A stretch of DNA of 42,862 bases, taken from NCBI GenBank assembly GCA_048941015.1, contig JBHLNZ010000025.1, positions 1,591 to 44,452 of the forward strand, in the 5' to 3' direction. The notes beneath the pieces are model-generated. The model did not search any database. It saw nothing but the letters and a program-made list of their open reading frames with translations, and had not been told where the DNA came from. Positions 19,765 through 28,887 of this stretch are shown here, piece by piece. Made by a program: the position numbers and the translations under genes. The DNA is from Promethearchaeota archaeon. Lineage in GTDB: Archaea > Asgardarchaeota > Lokiarchaeia > Sigyniarchaeales > SOKP01. Positions within the stretch are counted from its first letter, which is position 1. Each line of letters opens with the position of its first letter.

Positions 19765-19959
19765 ATGAATAAGTTAAAATCAAGAATTCAGTTACTTAGC
19801 TTATTTTCAATATTTTTCGTTTATAGTGCTATAAAAGCATTATTTAATAACAATCCAAGTGAATTCTTTATCTGGTTATTAATTACAGCAATATATATTG
19901 TTTCTTTGGTTATACTATACTTTGTCGTGAAAAATTGGCAAAAAGAACAAACAATATAG
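19765..19959 (+). CDS. Small two-TM membrane protein
   Basis: 64 aa with two hydrophobic helices. Confidence 0.65.
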   Translation: MNKLKSRIQLLSLFSIFFVYSAIKALFNNNPSEFFIWLLITAIYIVSLVILYFVVKNWQKEQTI

Positions 19960-19983
19960 TTATTAAATATAATGAGTTTACCT

Positions 19984-20259
19984 TTACTTTCTTTTTTTAA
20001 AAAAGTCAGAGATCATTCCATCGATTCCAAGACTTTTTAATAATGTATCTTTTACATTCATTTGAATCGTTAATTCACTCATCTGTCTGAGCGCATTTTC
20101 TAATGTTTTTGAAAAAGTCTCACTCATTTCTTTTATCGTACCAGATGTCATTTGTAATGATTCTCTTATTGCGATAGTAGTTTCATGAATTTCAGCAGTC
20201 ATTTTTTCCATGCTAATTCTCATTTCTGTAAGTTCTTTCTTCAAATCTTTGATGCCCAT
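19984..20259 (-). CDS. Small coiled-coil protein
   Basis: Heptad-like Met/Leu/Ile pattern, ending LGIDGMISDFFKKRK. AGGAGA SD upstream. Confidence 0.75.
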   Translation of the reverse strand: MGIKDLKKELTEMRISMEKMTAEIHETTIAIRESLQMTSGTIKEMSETFSKTLENALRQMSELTIQMNVKDTLLKSLGIDGMISDFFKKRK

Positions 20260-20393
20260 TAGTTTTTTTCTCCTAATCTGTTTTTAATTTTAAAATTGTT
20301 CAGCTAAGTTTTAAATTATTTATTATAATAATTAATCTTTTAAGACTTATATTGTATGTTTCTAATAAGGAAAATTAAAAAAATTTAGTTAAC

Positions 20394-20540
20394 ATGTCTG
20401 AATGGAAAAATAGGATTGAAAAATGCGAACCAGAAGATAATTTCTGTTCTGGATGAGGAATTATTGATGGTATACTCAGCTCTATTAGATATATAAAAAA
20501 GAAACGTCAAGAAAAAAATAAAAAGAATCTCAAGGATTAA
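20394..20540 (+). CDS. Candidate 48-aa selenoprotein (CxxU), in-frame TGA at 20454-20456
   Basis: MSEWKNRIEKCEPEDNFCSG(TGA)GIIDGILSSIRYIKKKRQEKNKKNLKD(TAA). The frame stays open and protein-like for 27 codons after the TGA. Confidence 0.5.
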
Positions 20541-20558
20541 ATCATCAAATATTAGGAT

Positions 20559-20593
20559 TTAATCTTAAAGGTTTTGCCCGAACCCGAGATTAA
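20559..20593 (+). other. Stem-loop downstream of the CxxU ORF (candidate SECIS-like element or terminator)
   Basis: TTAATCTT-AAA-GGTTT-TGCCC-GAACC-C-GAGATTAA: 8-bp lower stem, 3x1 internal loop, 5-bp upper stem. Confidence 0.45.
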
Positions 20594-20632
20594 TTTTCAC
20601 TTCTTTTTTCAATTATATAAAATATTATAATA

Positions 20633-21997
20633 TTAGGGTTTTTTAGGGCCTTCTCCTACTTTTCGGTATATGAATCCCTTTTGTTCAACTGTTTTTTTAT
20701 CAAATATATTTCTCCCGTCAATAATAATAGGAGTTCTTACTTTCTCTTTTAATTGATCAAGATTAATATCATAATATTCTTTATGGTTTGTAGCAAATAT
20801 AAGAACATCAGCATCTTTAACAGCTTCATCAAAATCTGAAGTTAATTCCGTAAGCTGAAAATTTCGTTCTTTAACATATGGATCATGAGCTATATACGTG
20901 ATATTATGTGAGTGGTATCTTTTCGTGAGTATATTTATGATATTCTCAGTCGGAGTATTACGCGTATCATCCGTATCTGCCTTATAAGAAACTCCCATTA
21001 AAGCGATCTTCAAATTATCAACTAACTTATGGAGATCCCTAAAAACGTCCTCCATTAATTCTACCATATGTTTTGGCATAAAATCGTTTAAATTTCTGGA
21101 ATATGGAATAAGTTTAATCTTTTCTTCATTTTTTTTATCTGTCCATTTTTCATAACCGTTCAAAAGAAGCCAAGGATCTTTCGTTAAACAATGTCCGCCA
21201 ACACCAGAACCAGGATAATGCATCATCCTATCATGCCTATAATTTATTAATTTAACAATTTCAAATACATTTCTGTTAAAATCTTCACATAACAGAGCCA
21301 TTTCATTTGCAAACGCAATGTTTACATCCCTATATGCATTTTCAATACATTTTGTCAGTTCTGCTGTGAGTGTATCAGTAACCTGTAATTCTTTCTTCAC
21401 TACTTTTCCATATAAGAATTTAGCCTTTTCATTTGCTTCGGGGCATCCTCCCCCAATTACTCGAGGAAAGTTGATAATATACTCTAGTAATTTTCCGGGC
21501 ATAACGCGCTCAAAAGAAAAAACTAAATAAAAATCTTTCCTTCTTTCTAAACCACTTCCATCTTCTAAAATAGGCTTGACAATATTATCTGTGGTTCCGG
21601 GAGCAACAGTGGATTCAATAATTATAGTTGTTCCTTTTTTTATATGTTTAGATATTTTTTGAGATACTTCAATCAATGATTCATATCTTGGAATTTTACT
21701 TTCTAATTCTACTGGAGTTTGAACATCAATTAAGATATAATCCGCATCATTACATGCTTCATAACTATCGGTAACATGAAATTTTTTATTTTTGACGATT
21801 CTTGCGATTAATTCGTCTAAACCAGGCTCTTCTCCTTCGAATGGACTTTTTCCGTTATTTAACCATTCAATTTTCCAACCTGACCTTTTTGATCGTCTTT
21901 GGATACCTGTTACATGAAATTCATCAACATCGGCCAATAATGCTGCCATGGGAATCCCTACATAGCCCATTCCAATAACTACTATATTTATAGTCAT
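20633..21997 (-). CDS. Nucleotide-sugar dehydrogenase (UDP-ManNAc/UDP-GlcNAc 6-dehydrogenase family)
   Basis: VIGMGYVGIP, VQTP, IESTVAPGTT, ERVMPG, KCIENAYRDVNIAFANE, GVGGHCLTKDP, YKADTDDTRNTP, DGRN. Confidence 0.93.
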   Translation of the reverse strand: MTINIVVIGMGYVGIPMAALLADVDEFHVTGIQRRSKRSGWKIEWLNNGKSPFEGEEPGLDELIARIVKNKKFHVTDSYEACNDADYILIDVQTPVELESKIPRYESLIEVSQKISKHIKKGTTIIIESTVAPGTTDNIVKPILEDGSGLERRKDFYLVFSFERVMPGKLLEYIINFPRVIGGGCPEANEKAKFLYGKVVKKELQVTDTLTAELTKCIENAYRDVNIAFANEMALLCEDFNRNVFEIVKLINYRHDRMMHYPGSGVGGHCLTKDPWLLLNGYEKWTDKKNEEKIKLIPYSRNLNDFMPKHMVELMEDVFRDLHKLVDNLKIALMGVSYKADTDDTRNTPTENIINILTKRYHSHNITYIAHDPYVKERNFQLTELTSDFDEAVKDADVLIFATNHKEYYDINLDQLKEKVRTPIIIDGRNIFDKKTVEQKGFIYRKVGEGPKKP

Positions 21998-22104
21998 TTT
22001 ATTACCAAACTAAATTTATGAGAATTTTTAGAAATTATTATTATCTTTAATTATTCATTATTGAAAAAATTTTATTCTAAACAAAGGGAAAAAATTGATC
22101 TAAG

Positions 22105-23286
22105 TTATGCTTTATTCTGCCTTTTAATCCTCATCCCAAATAAAAATCTTAAGGCATTTACTTTTCTTATGATTAAAACTAAACCCATAATAATAACAAA
22201 TGATAATGAACTGATGATTAGGTATTTTGAAAAAATATTCAGATCCAACCTAACAATATAGAATCCAACTATGACTATTATTGTCTGATGCAATACATAA
22301 AACGGCAAGACAATTTCATTTAAAAATTTTCGTGATTTATGATCTTTATTAAGATACTTGCTTGCTAAAGCTAAAACAACAATCATCCAGCTCCATCCGT
22401 TTATTACACGAAAACTGTAGAATAAAAGATCAGAAAGTTGTAATGTATTATCCAAAAGCGTATTTTGAAAAATTATCATAATTATAAGAACTAAAAATGT
22501 TGTAATAAAACCAAAAATTATGCTAATATTTCTATTTTTTTCAATAACTTCTTTAAATTGGACATTAGAAGCAAAAATATAGCCATAAATAAAAAGGATT
22601 AAATATGAAAAGAGGTTCCAACCTCCAAATTCCAAATAGTCAACAAAAATATTAATGAATTCTGTGAAAATTAAAGGAATCATGAGCAATAATATTATTC
22701 CTGGTTTTTTTAGAGAATTAGATAATCTTGAAATTTTTATCAGATTTTCTTCTTTTCTTAGATAAATAAAAGGTTTTAAAGTTACAAACGTGAAAATAAG
22801 AAGAACAAATAAAAACCATAAATGATGTCCTACCCATGAAAAATTTCCACCAAACCCATACAACCCTTCAAAATAGCGAGGATAAAATTCAAAAAAGGAT
22901 CCTGTAAATTCTCCTTTGCTTACTCTTTCAAGATAAACCTGTATAGATACATGCGTAAACATCCCTACAACAAGAGGTATCAAAAGGCGTATAATTCTAT
23001 CTTTTAAATATAAACCACTTTTTACGAAGCCTAAAGCATAAAATGTACCCATTCCCGCAATAATAAAGAAAATAGGCATTCCAAATCCAGATAACATTAC
23101 TTGAGCTATTGTAATCCCCATATCTAATTCATTATTTTTAACATGCCAATCAAAAGTATCAAAAAATCGTGAACAATGGAATAAGAATACTAGTACTGTG
23201 GCAATTATCCTTAACCAATCAAGATCATAACGCCTTTCGAACTTACTTATTTCTAGTTTTGATACACCCTCTTTATCTAATTTCAA
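22105..23286 (-). CDS. Acyltransferase-3 family membrane protein (OpgC/MdoC-like)
   Basis: RRYDLDWLR, MPIFFIIAG, RLLIPL, HLWFL, PFYVLHQ; about 10 TM segments. Confidence 0.9.
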   Translation of the reverse strand: MKLDKEGVSKLEISKFERRYDLDWLRIIATVLVFLFHCSRFFDTFDWHVKNNELDMGITIAQVMLSGFGMPIFFIIAGMGTFYALGFVKSGLYLKDRIIRLLIPLVVGMFTHVSIQVYLERVSKGEFTGSFFEFYPRYFEGLYGFGGNFSWVGHHLWFLFVLLIFTFVTLKPFIYLRKEENLIKISRLSNSLKKPGIILLLMIPLIFTEFINIFVDYLEFGGWNLFSYLILFIYGYIFASNVQFKEVIEKNRNISIIFGFITTFLVLIIMIIFQNTLLDNTLQLSDLLFYSFRVINGWSWMIVVLALASKYLNKDHKSRKFLNEIVLPFYVLHQTIIVIVGFYIVRLDLNIFSKYLIISSLSFVIIMGLVLIIRKVNALRFLFGMRIKRQNKA

Positions 23287-23413
23287 GTATCTTACCTCTT
23301 AAAGGAAAAATTTATGATAATTATTTTTTACATTGCTCTTATATTTATAGTTATCTCAATAATGCTAGGAAGTTAATTTTATTTAAAAAAAGTAAAAATA
23401 AGTTTATTATTTC

Positions 23414-24109
23414 TTAAGGTTTCTTTTTCATGTAAGAACTTCCTTTTACTGCTTTAAGTATCCCTGCGGCTATTGCTCCAGCAATAAATCCTCCTACATG
23501 AGCAAAATGAGCTGTTGATCCCATACCAAATGGATCATAGAGAGAATAAATAGCATAAGTTATTTCTGCAATAAAATATGTTAGGATAAAATAGCCTGCA
23601 CTTACTCTTCTCATTGAGGTGCCTGATGCTGATGGAAGATAAAATTTGTTTTTAGGATATAGAATTAAATATACTCCCATAAGGCCGAATATTGCTCCTG
23701 AAGCTCCTAAAGAAGGTATATCAGACAATGTTACTCCTGGTATAATTTCCCCCGGTATAATAACTGTACTCAATGCATGAAGTAAACTACCACATAAACC
23801 TGAAAGTAAGTAAACAATAAGATAATAAATATGACCCATTGCATGCTCACAATTGTCGGTAATTACTATGAAAAACCACATATTCATGATTATATGTACG
23901 ATATCACCATGCATAAACATAGAAGTTAGTAGTGTCCATAATTTCTGCCCCGCAAAAAATTCTGCTGGAACAAATGCATATTCAATATGCATTTGACCTG
24001 CTGGATCCAGTAATTGCCATATAAATACAGCTATATTAGCGAATAATATTATTACTGAAAAATATTGTTTGAAAAAGGGTATTTTATCACTTTCTGCTTC
24101 TAAAACCAT
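23414..24109 (-). CDS. Rhomboid intramembrane serine protease
   Basis: TSMFMHGDIVHIIMNM, catalytic GASGA, AHFAHVGGF. Confidence 0.95.
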   Translation of the reverse strand: MVLEAESDKIPFFKQYFSVIILFANIAVFIWQLLDPAGQMHIEYAFVPAEFFAGQKLWTLLTSMFMHGDIVHIIMNMWFFIVITDNCEHAMGHIYYLIVYLLSGLCGSLLHALSTVIIPGEIIPGVTLSDIPSLGASGAIFGLMGVYLILYPKNKFYLPSASGTSMRRVSAGYFILTYFIAEITYAIYSLYDPFGMGSTAHFAHVGGFIAGAIAAGILKAVKGSSYMKKKP

Positions 24110-24256
24110 TTTTAATTCCTTGTAATTATTTATTTATAATTTTATTATTATTGATTCATAATAGTTTTAATTATTTTTAGTAAATTAAAAAATCTAGATA
24201 ATAATGAATAAATTGAAAATTTAAAACTTAAAATTTGATTAAATCTTAATTTATCT

Positions 24257-25456
24257 ATGAAATTAGGAAAATCTAGTCTTCATGATATAGCAAAAATCAG
24301 TCCAGATTCTGTAAAGCGTAAGCGAATCTCGAGTTATGACAGAACTGGTGGAAATCATGATTGGATTGATGTTAAACCTGGTGAAATGGTTATTTTAGCT
24401 GAACAAGAAGCCGCTGGATGCATTAAACATATTTGGTGTACAATGTCATGTAAATCAAAATATTACTTACGCAATATCATTATTAGAATGTATTGGGATG
24501 GAGAATCTGATCAAAATCCAAGTGTAGAAGTTCCAATTGGAGATTTTTTCGGAGTTGGTCATGCAATGAAAGTGGAATTCGTTTCATTACCTTTACAGAT
24601 GACTCCTAGGGGAGGAAGGGGTTTTAATTGTTGGTGGCCTATGCCATTTTCTACTAAATTTAAAATAATTTTAGAAAATGACAATCCAAACCTTTTGAAA
24701 TTTTATTATTATATTGATTATGACATCTATGAGGATGGATTTGAAAACGAAAAATCTTATGGAAGATTTCATGCACAATGGCGTCGTGAAAATCCTACAA
24801 AACCTAAGCTAGTTGATAAAGAAACTGGAGAAAAGTTTACCAAACGAAAACCCATAAGATTTAATTACGTAGGAGGTAAAAATACAGAACCCTTAGAAGA
24901 GAATTATCGGATATTAGAAGCCAAAGGAAAAGGGCATTATGTAGGGTGTCATTTAGATATAGATAATATCACTTTCTTTCCGTTTATTAACTGGCCTGGT
25001 GAAGGTGATGACATGATCTTTATTGATGATGGTGTTGATAAGAAGAAACCCACACTTTATGGTACTGGAACTGAAGATTATGTCAGTCAAGCTTATGGGC
25101 AAGGAAAGCAATACTTTGCTCCTTACTTTGGCACAATCAAGCCTGGTGGTTTTAATTTCTGGGGTAATATTACTTATTATCGTTTTCATATCGAAGACCC
25201 AATTTATTTTAACAATAAAATCATTGTCACTATTGAACACGGGCATGATAATCATCGAAGTGATGATTGGTCATCAACAGCATATTGGTATCAAATCGAA
25301 CCTCATGATCATAATCTATTTCCACAATTATTAGACCGAAAAGGGAGACAACCTAGATCCCATGTTTCTCATATTATAAGAAAATCATTATGTTATTTAA
25401 TAATTATAACATTGATAACTTTATCATTATTCTGGATGATCTATCAGTTTTTCTAA
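24257..25456 (+). CDS. DUF2961 / GH172 glycoside hydrolase with C-terminal TM helix
   Basis: SSYDRTGGNHD, HIWCT, PSVEVPIGDFFG, NCWWPMPF, GEGDDMIFID, GTGTEDY, YRFHIEDPI, IEHGH, SSTAYWYQ. Confidence 0.9.
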   Translation: MKLGKSSLHDIAKISPDSVKRKRISSYDRTGGNHDWIDVKPGEMVILAEQEAAGCIKHIWCTMSCKSKYYLRNIIIRMYWDGESDQNPSVEVPIGDFFGVGHAMKVEFVSLPLQMTPRGGRGFNCWWPMPFSTKFKIILENDNPNLLKFYYYIDYDIYEDGFENEKSYGRFHAQWRRENPTKPKLVDKETGEKFTKRKPIRFNYVGGKNTEPLEENYRILEAKGKGHYVGCHLDIDNITFFPFINWPGEGDDMIFIDDGVDKKKPTLYGTGTEDYVSQAYGQGKQYFAPYFGTIKPGGFNFWGNITYYRFHIEDPIYFNNKIIVTIEHGHDNHRSDDWSSTAYWYQIEPHDHNLFPQLLDRKGRQPRSHVSHIIRKSLCYLIIITLITLSLFWMIYQFF

Positions 25457-25482
25457 AAGAAGTACTTTAAAATAATTTTATT

Positions 25483-25863
25483 CTATATTCCCAAAATTTT
25501 TTTTACATTATTCAGGAGTTCCTTGCCAGAAATGACTTTTACTAAATACCCATCTGCTCCTAACTTTTTTCCCATTATGATATCTTCATTAAAATTTTTA
25601 ACAGTTAATAGTACAACAAGTATATGTTTGTATTTTGGATTTGATTTGATTTTCTCTAAAACTGTATATCCACTCATCTCAGGCATCATAATATCCAAAA
25701 GAACAAGTGCTATATCCTCATAGCTTTTCTCAATTATATCTAACGCATCTCTTCCACTTTGGCATGTAATTGTATTATAATTCTCCAGTTTTAAGAATTC
25801 TTCCACTAAATGAACTATATCGGGCTCATCGTCAACTACAAGAATATATTTCGGATTCTCCAT
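25483..25863 (-). CDS. Single-domain response regulator receiver (CheY-like)
   Basis: ILVVDDEP, LLDIMMPEMSG, LLT, GADGYLVK. Confidence 0.93.
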   Translation of the reverse strand: MENPKYILVVDDEPDIVHLVEEFLKLENYNTITCQSGRDALDIIEKSYEDIALVLLDIMMPEMSGYTVLEKIKSNPKYKHILVVLLTVKNFNEDIIMGKKLGADGYLVKVISGKELLNNVKKILGI

Positions 25864-26083
25864 TATGATTCTACAACTATTATTTTAATTACAAGGACTT
25901 GATTCCTATAATATTTTTCATTTTCATCTTTATAAAATTTCTAATTTTTAAAGTTTTGATCGATATCATCAAGAAAAACTTAGTAATCGAAATTTAAAGC
26001 TGAAATTAATAACTGCTTAAGGTTTTTAAATTTACATTATTTGGTTTAAAATAGAATACGAAATTTACATTAATGTTAAAAAT

Positions 26084-26464
26084 TCACTTATTCAAAATCT
26101 CTTTAACATATGCTAAAAGGTCTTTCCCTGAAAATGGCTTGGTTATATATCCATCTGCCCCAAGATCCTTACCTTTTTGCATGTCTTCATTAAAACTCTT
26201 TACAGTAAATAAAATTACTAAAATATGTTTATATTTTTCATTTGATTTGATAGATTCAAGAACTTTATAACCACTAAGTCCTGGCATCATAAGATCAAGA
26301 AGGATCAGAGAAATCTCTTGATGCTTCTCTTCCAAAATTCTCAAAGCATCTTTTCCATTATTACAGGTAATTGTTTTAAAATCTCCCAATTTCAAGAACT
26401 TCTCTGTAAGACTTACGATATCGGGTTCATCATCTACTATTAATATTGTCGTTTTATCTGTCAT
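26084..26464 (-). CDS. Single-domain response regulator receiver (CheY-like)
   Basis: ILIVDDEP, LLDLMMPGLSG, LFT, GADGYITKPF. Confidence 0.95.
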   Translation of the reverse strand: MTDKTTILIVDDEPDIVSLTEKFLKLGDFKTITCNNGKDALRILEEKHQEISLILLDLMMPGLSGYKVLESIKSNEKYKHILVILFTVKSFNEDMQKGKDLGADGYITKPFSGKDLLAYVKEILNK

Positions 26465-26560
26465 TTTAATTTTGTCTTACTCTTAATAAGTCTTTATGAT
26501 TTTAATAATACCATATATCAACTTATATAAATAATTTATCTGATCGTCATTTTTTGATCT

Positions 26561-27220
26561 TTGATGGATAGAAAAAATAACATTCCAAAGTTTCCGGAAT
26601 CATATTTGGGAGATAAATCAAATGAATATGAAAATTCTACTTCAATGGAGAGAAATCAAAAAAGAACAACGTTAATTACTCTTCAATATTTATTCGATGA
26701 AAAATTGAACAATATAGGTTTTGAAGATGTTTTAAAAGAAAATACGTATCTGATTTTAGATTTAGGATGTGGTACAGGATTTTCAACAGAGATTTTATTA
26801 GCAGAAGGATTTAGAGTAATCGCGGTAGATATTTTAATTGATATGCTCTCCAAAGCTGTTAAAAAGAAGCATTTCTTTCCTAATAATAATAATGTAGAAT
26901 ATTTATTAGCAGATATTAATCACTTACCATTTAGAATTAATTCAATAGATCTAGCTATCTCAATATCCGCTTATAACTTCATAATTTACGGTAAAGAGGA
27001 CATTCTTGAAATAAACAAAACTGTTAATAATTCTGCTAAATACCTACATGAAATTCTTAAACAAAATGGGAGAATTGTTTTAGAATTCTATCCTAAGGAT
27101 GATGATGAATTATACTTATTTATCTCTTCATTCATAAATAATGGTTTTAAAGGATTTATGGTAAAAAATAATCCTCGACAAAAAGGGGGTCAAACTTTCT
27201 TATTATTGAAAAGCTGTTGA
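26561..27220 (+). CDS. Class I SAM-dependent methyltransferase, Bud23/WBSCR22-like
   Basis: ILDLGCGTG, AVD, LPFR..SIDLAISISA, EFYPKDDDE, GFKG. Start is at TTG 26561 or ATG 26564. Confidence 0.8.
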   Translation: MMDRKNNIPKFPESYLGDKSNEYENSTSMERNQKRTTLITLQYLFDEKLNNIGFEDVLKENTYLILDLGCGTGFSTEILLAEGFRVIAVDILIDMLSKAVKKKHFFPNNNNVEYLLADINHLPFRINSIDLAISISAYNFIIYGKEDILEINKTVNNSAKYLHEILKQNGRIVLEFYPKDDDELYLFISSFINNGFKGFMVKNNPRQKGGQTFLLLKSC

Positions 27221-27226
27221 TTTGAA

Positions 27227-28366
27227 ATGGGAACTTGTAAATTTTGCGGAAAAACAGATAATATAATATCAAATATACTAGAAATATGTCGAGATTGTAT
27301 TCTAAATAAAGATTGGAATATAGTAAAACCACACATTTTATCTGTTCATAAAGAAGTACGAAAATTAGTATATTTGCCTGAAAAACCCCCGAAAGCGAAC
27401 TCTTCTGAGGTAAAGCTAATCTGTAATTTATGTTTTAATGAATGCAAACTTTCTGCTAATGATAATAGTTATTGCGGTTTGAGAGATATACAAAAAAATA
27501 ATAGCGGAGAACTTCCTTTTCCTAAGAAATCAAAAGGATATATCCATGGATATATTGATGCAAATCCAACTAACTGTTGTAACGCCTGGTTTTGTCCTGC
27601 AGGGACATCTTCAGGGTATCCTCAATATTCAAATTATCATGGACCAGAATATGGAACATATTCATATGCTGCCTTTTTGTATGGATGCACCTTTGATTGT
27701 TTATTTTGTCAAAATGCTTCGCATAAATATTTCTCTAAAAAATATTTTTTTGATGCTGATATTATAGCAAATCAAATAGCCAAAAATGAAAAAATTACGT
27801 GTCTTTGTTATTTTGGAGGAACTCCAGAAGCGCAATTACCATTTACAATACACTTGGCAAACATTATAATAGATAAAATTAAAAAAGAAGATAAATCAAG
27901 AAAATTTCGAGTGTGCTGGGAATGGAATGGTAGTGGTAATACGGAATTAGTTGAAAAATGTATGGAGATTGCAATTCAATCGGGAGGGAATATTAAATTT
28001 GATTTAAAATCATTTAATGAAAAACTAAACATTGCTTTATGCGGAATAAGTAATAAAAGGACTTTAGAAAATTTTAAATTTTTAGCTGAAAATTATTTTG
28101 GCACAAGAAAAGGAGTTCCTGAAATGAGTGGTTGCACTTTATTGGTTCCCGGATATATTAATTATAAAGAAGTTGAGTTAATAGCTAAATTTATTAGTAA
28201 TATTAATGACGAAATTCCCTATAGTTTATTAGTATTTCATAGTGATTACCAAATGAGAGATTTACCGATTACTCCAAAAAATCAGGCATTAAAGTGTTTA
28301 GATACAGCGCAAAAATATTTGAAACATGTTAATTTAGGCAATAAGTTCTTGTTGGGTTTCTCTTAG
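27227..28366 (+). CDS. Radical SAM protein (COG1180 / AmmeMemoRadiSam-like)
   Basis: GCTFDCLFCQN (CxxxCxxC), YFGGTPE, WEWNG, KFDLK, TLLVPGY, extra N-terminal Cys clusters, and a C-terminal HVNLGN. Confidence 0.88.
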   Translation: MGTCKFCGKTDNIISNILEICRDCILNKDWNIVKPHILSVHKEVRKLVYLPEKPPKANSSEVKLICNLCFNECKLSANDNSYCGLRDIQKNNSGELPFPKKSKGYIHGYIDANPTNCCNAWFCPAGTSSGYPQYSNYHGPEYGTYSYAAFLYGCTFDCLFCQNASHKYFSKKYFFDADIIANQIAKNEKITCLCYFGGTPEAQLPFTIHLANIIIDKIKKEDKSRKFRVCWEWNGSGNTELVEKCMEIAIQSGGNIKFDLKSFNEKLNIALCGISNKRTLENFKFLAENYFGTRKGVPEMSGCTLLVPGYINYKEVELIAKFISNINDEIPYSLLVFHSDYQMRDLPITPKNQALKCLDTAQKYLKHVNLGNKFLLGFS

Positions 28367-28478
28367 TACCTATATTTTTAGAATTAGATAATAAAATATT
28401 TATTTTAAAAATAATTATCGTTCTTACTATTATTTATTCGAATATCAATAATATTTAAACTAAATAAGCTGGGAAACA

Positions 28479-28784
28479 TTGCAGAAAGCAAGAATTAGAT
28501 TATCATCGACAGAATTAAATTCTTTACAATCTGTTTGTGAACAAATAGAAAGTGTCTGTAAGAGTCAAGGAATTAAAAAATACGGACCTATTCCTTTGCC
28601 AACTAAGCATTTAAAAGTACCTACAAGAAAGGCACCCTCTGGTCAAGGGACTGCTACATGGGCGAAATATGAGATGCGTATACATAAAAGACTTTTTGAA
28701 ATAATAGCAAATGAAAGAAGCATGCATCTTATAATGAAAATTCAGATACCTGAATCAGTATTAGTCGAAATTGAATTAATGTAA
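28479..28784 (+). CDS. rpsJ: 30S ribosomal protein uS10
   Basis: KARIRLSS, GPIPLPTK, PTRKAPSGQGTATW..YEMRIHKRL. TTG start. Confidence 0.97.
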   Translation: MQKARIRLSSTELNSLQSVCEQIESVCKSQGIKKYGPIPLPTKHLKVPTRKAPSGQGTATWAKYEMRIHKRLFEIIANERSMHLIMKIQIPESVLVEIELM

Positions 28785-28887
28785 AAAATTTTTACTTTAT
28801 TAAATTATCTTTTAATTATATTTATATCATTAAACCACTATAACTCTATTAAATAAGAAGAATTTTGAGTTATAATTATTAATACTT

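Noticed and set aside
27215-27229. Methyltransferase ends Cys-TGA and is in frame with the radical SAM gene two codons later (possible Sec read-through)
   Set aside because: Both proteins look complete on their own, in-frame adjacency occurs one time in three by chance, and no supporting hairpin was seen.
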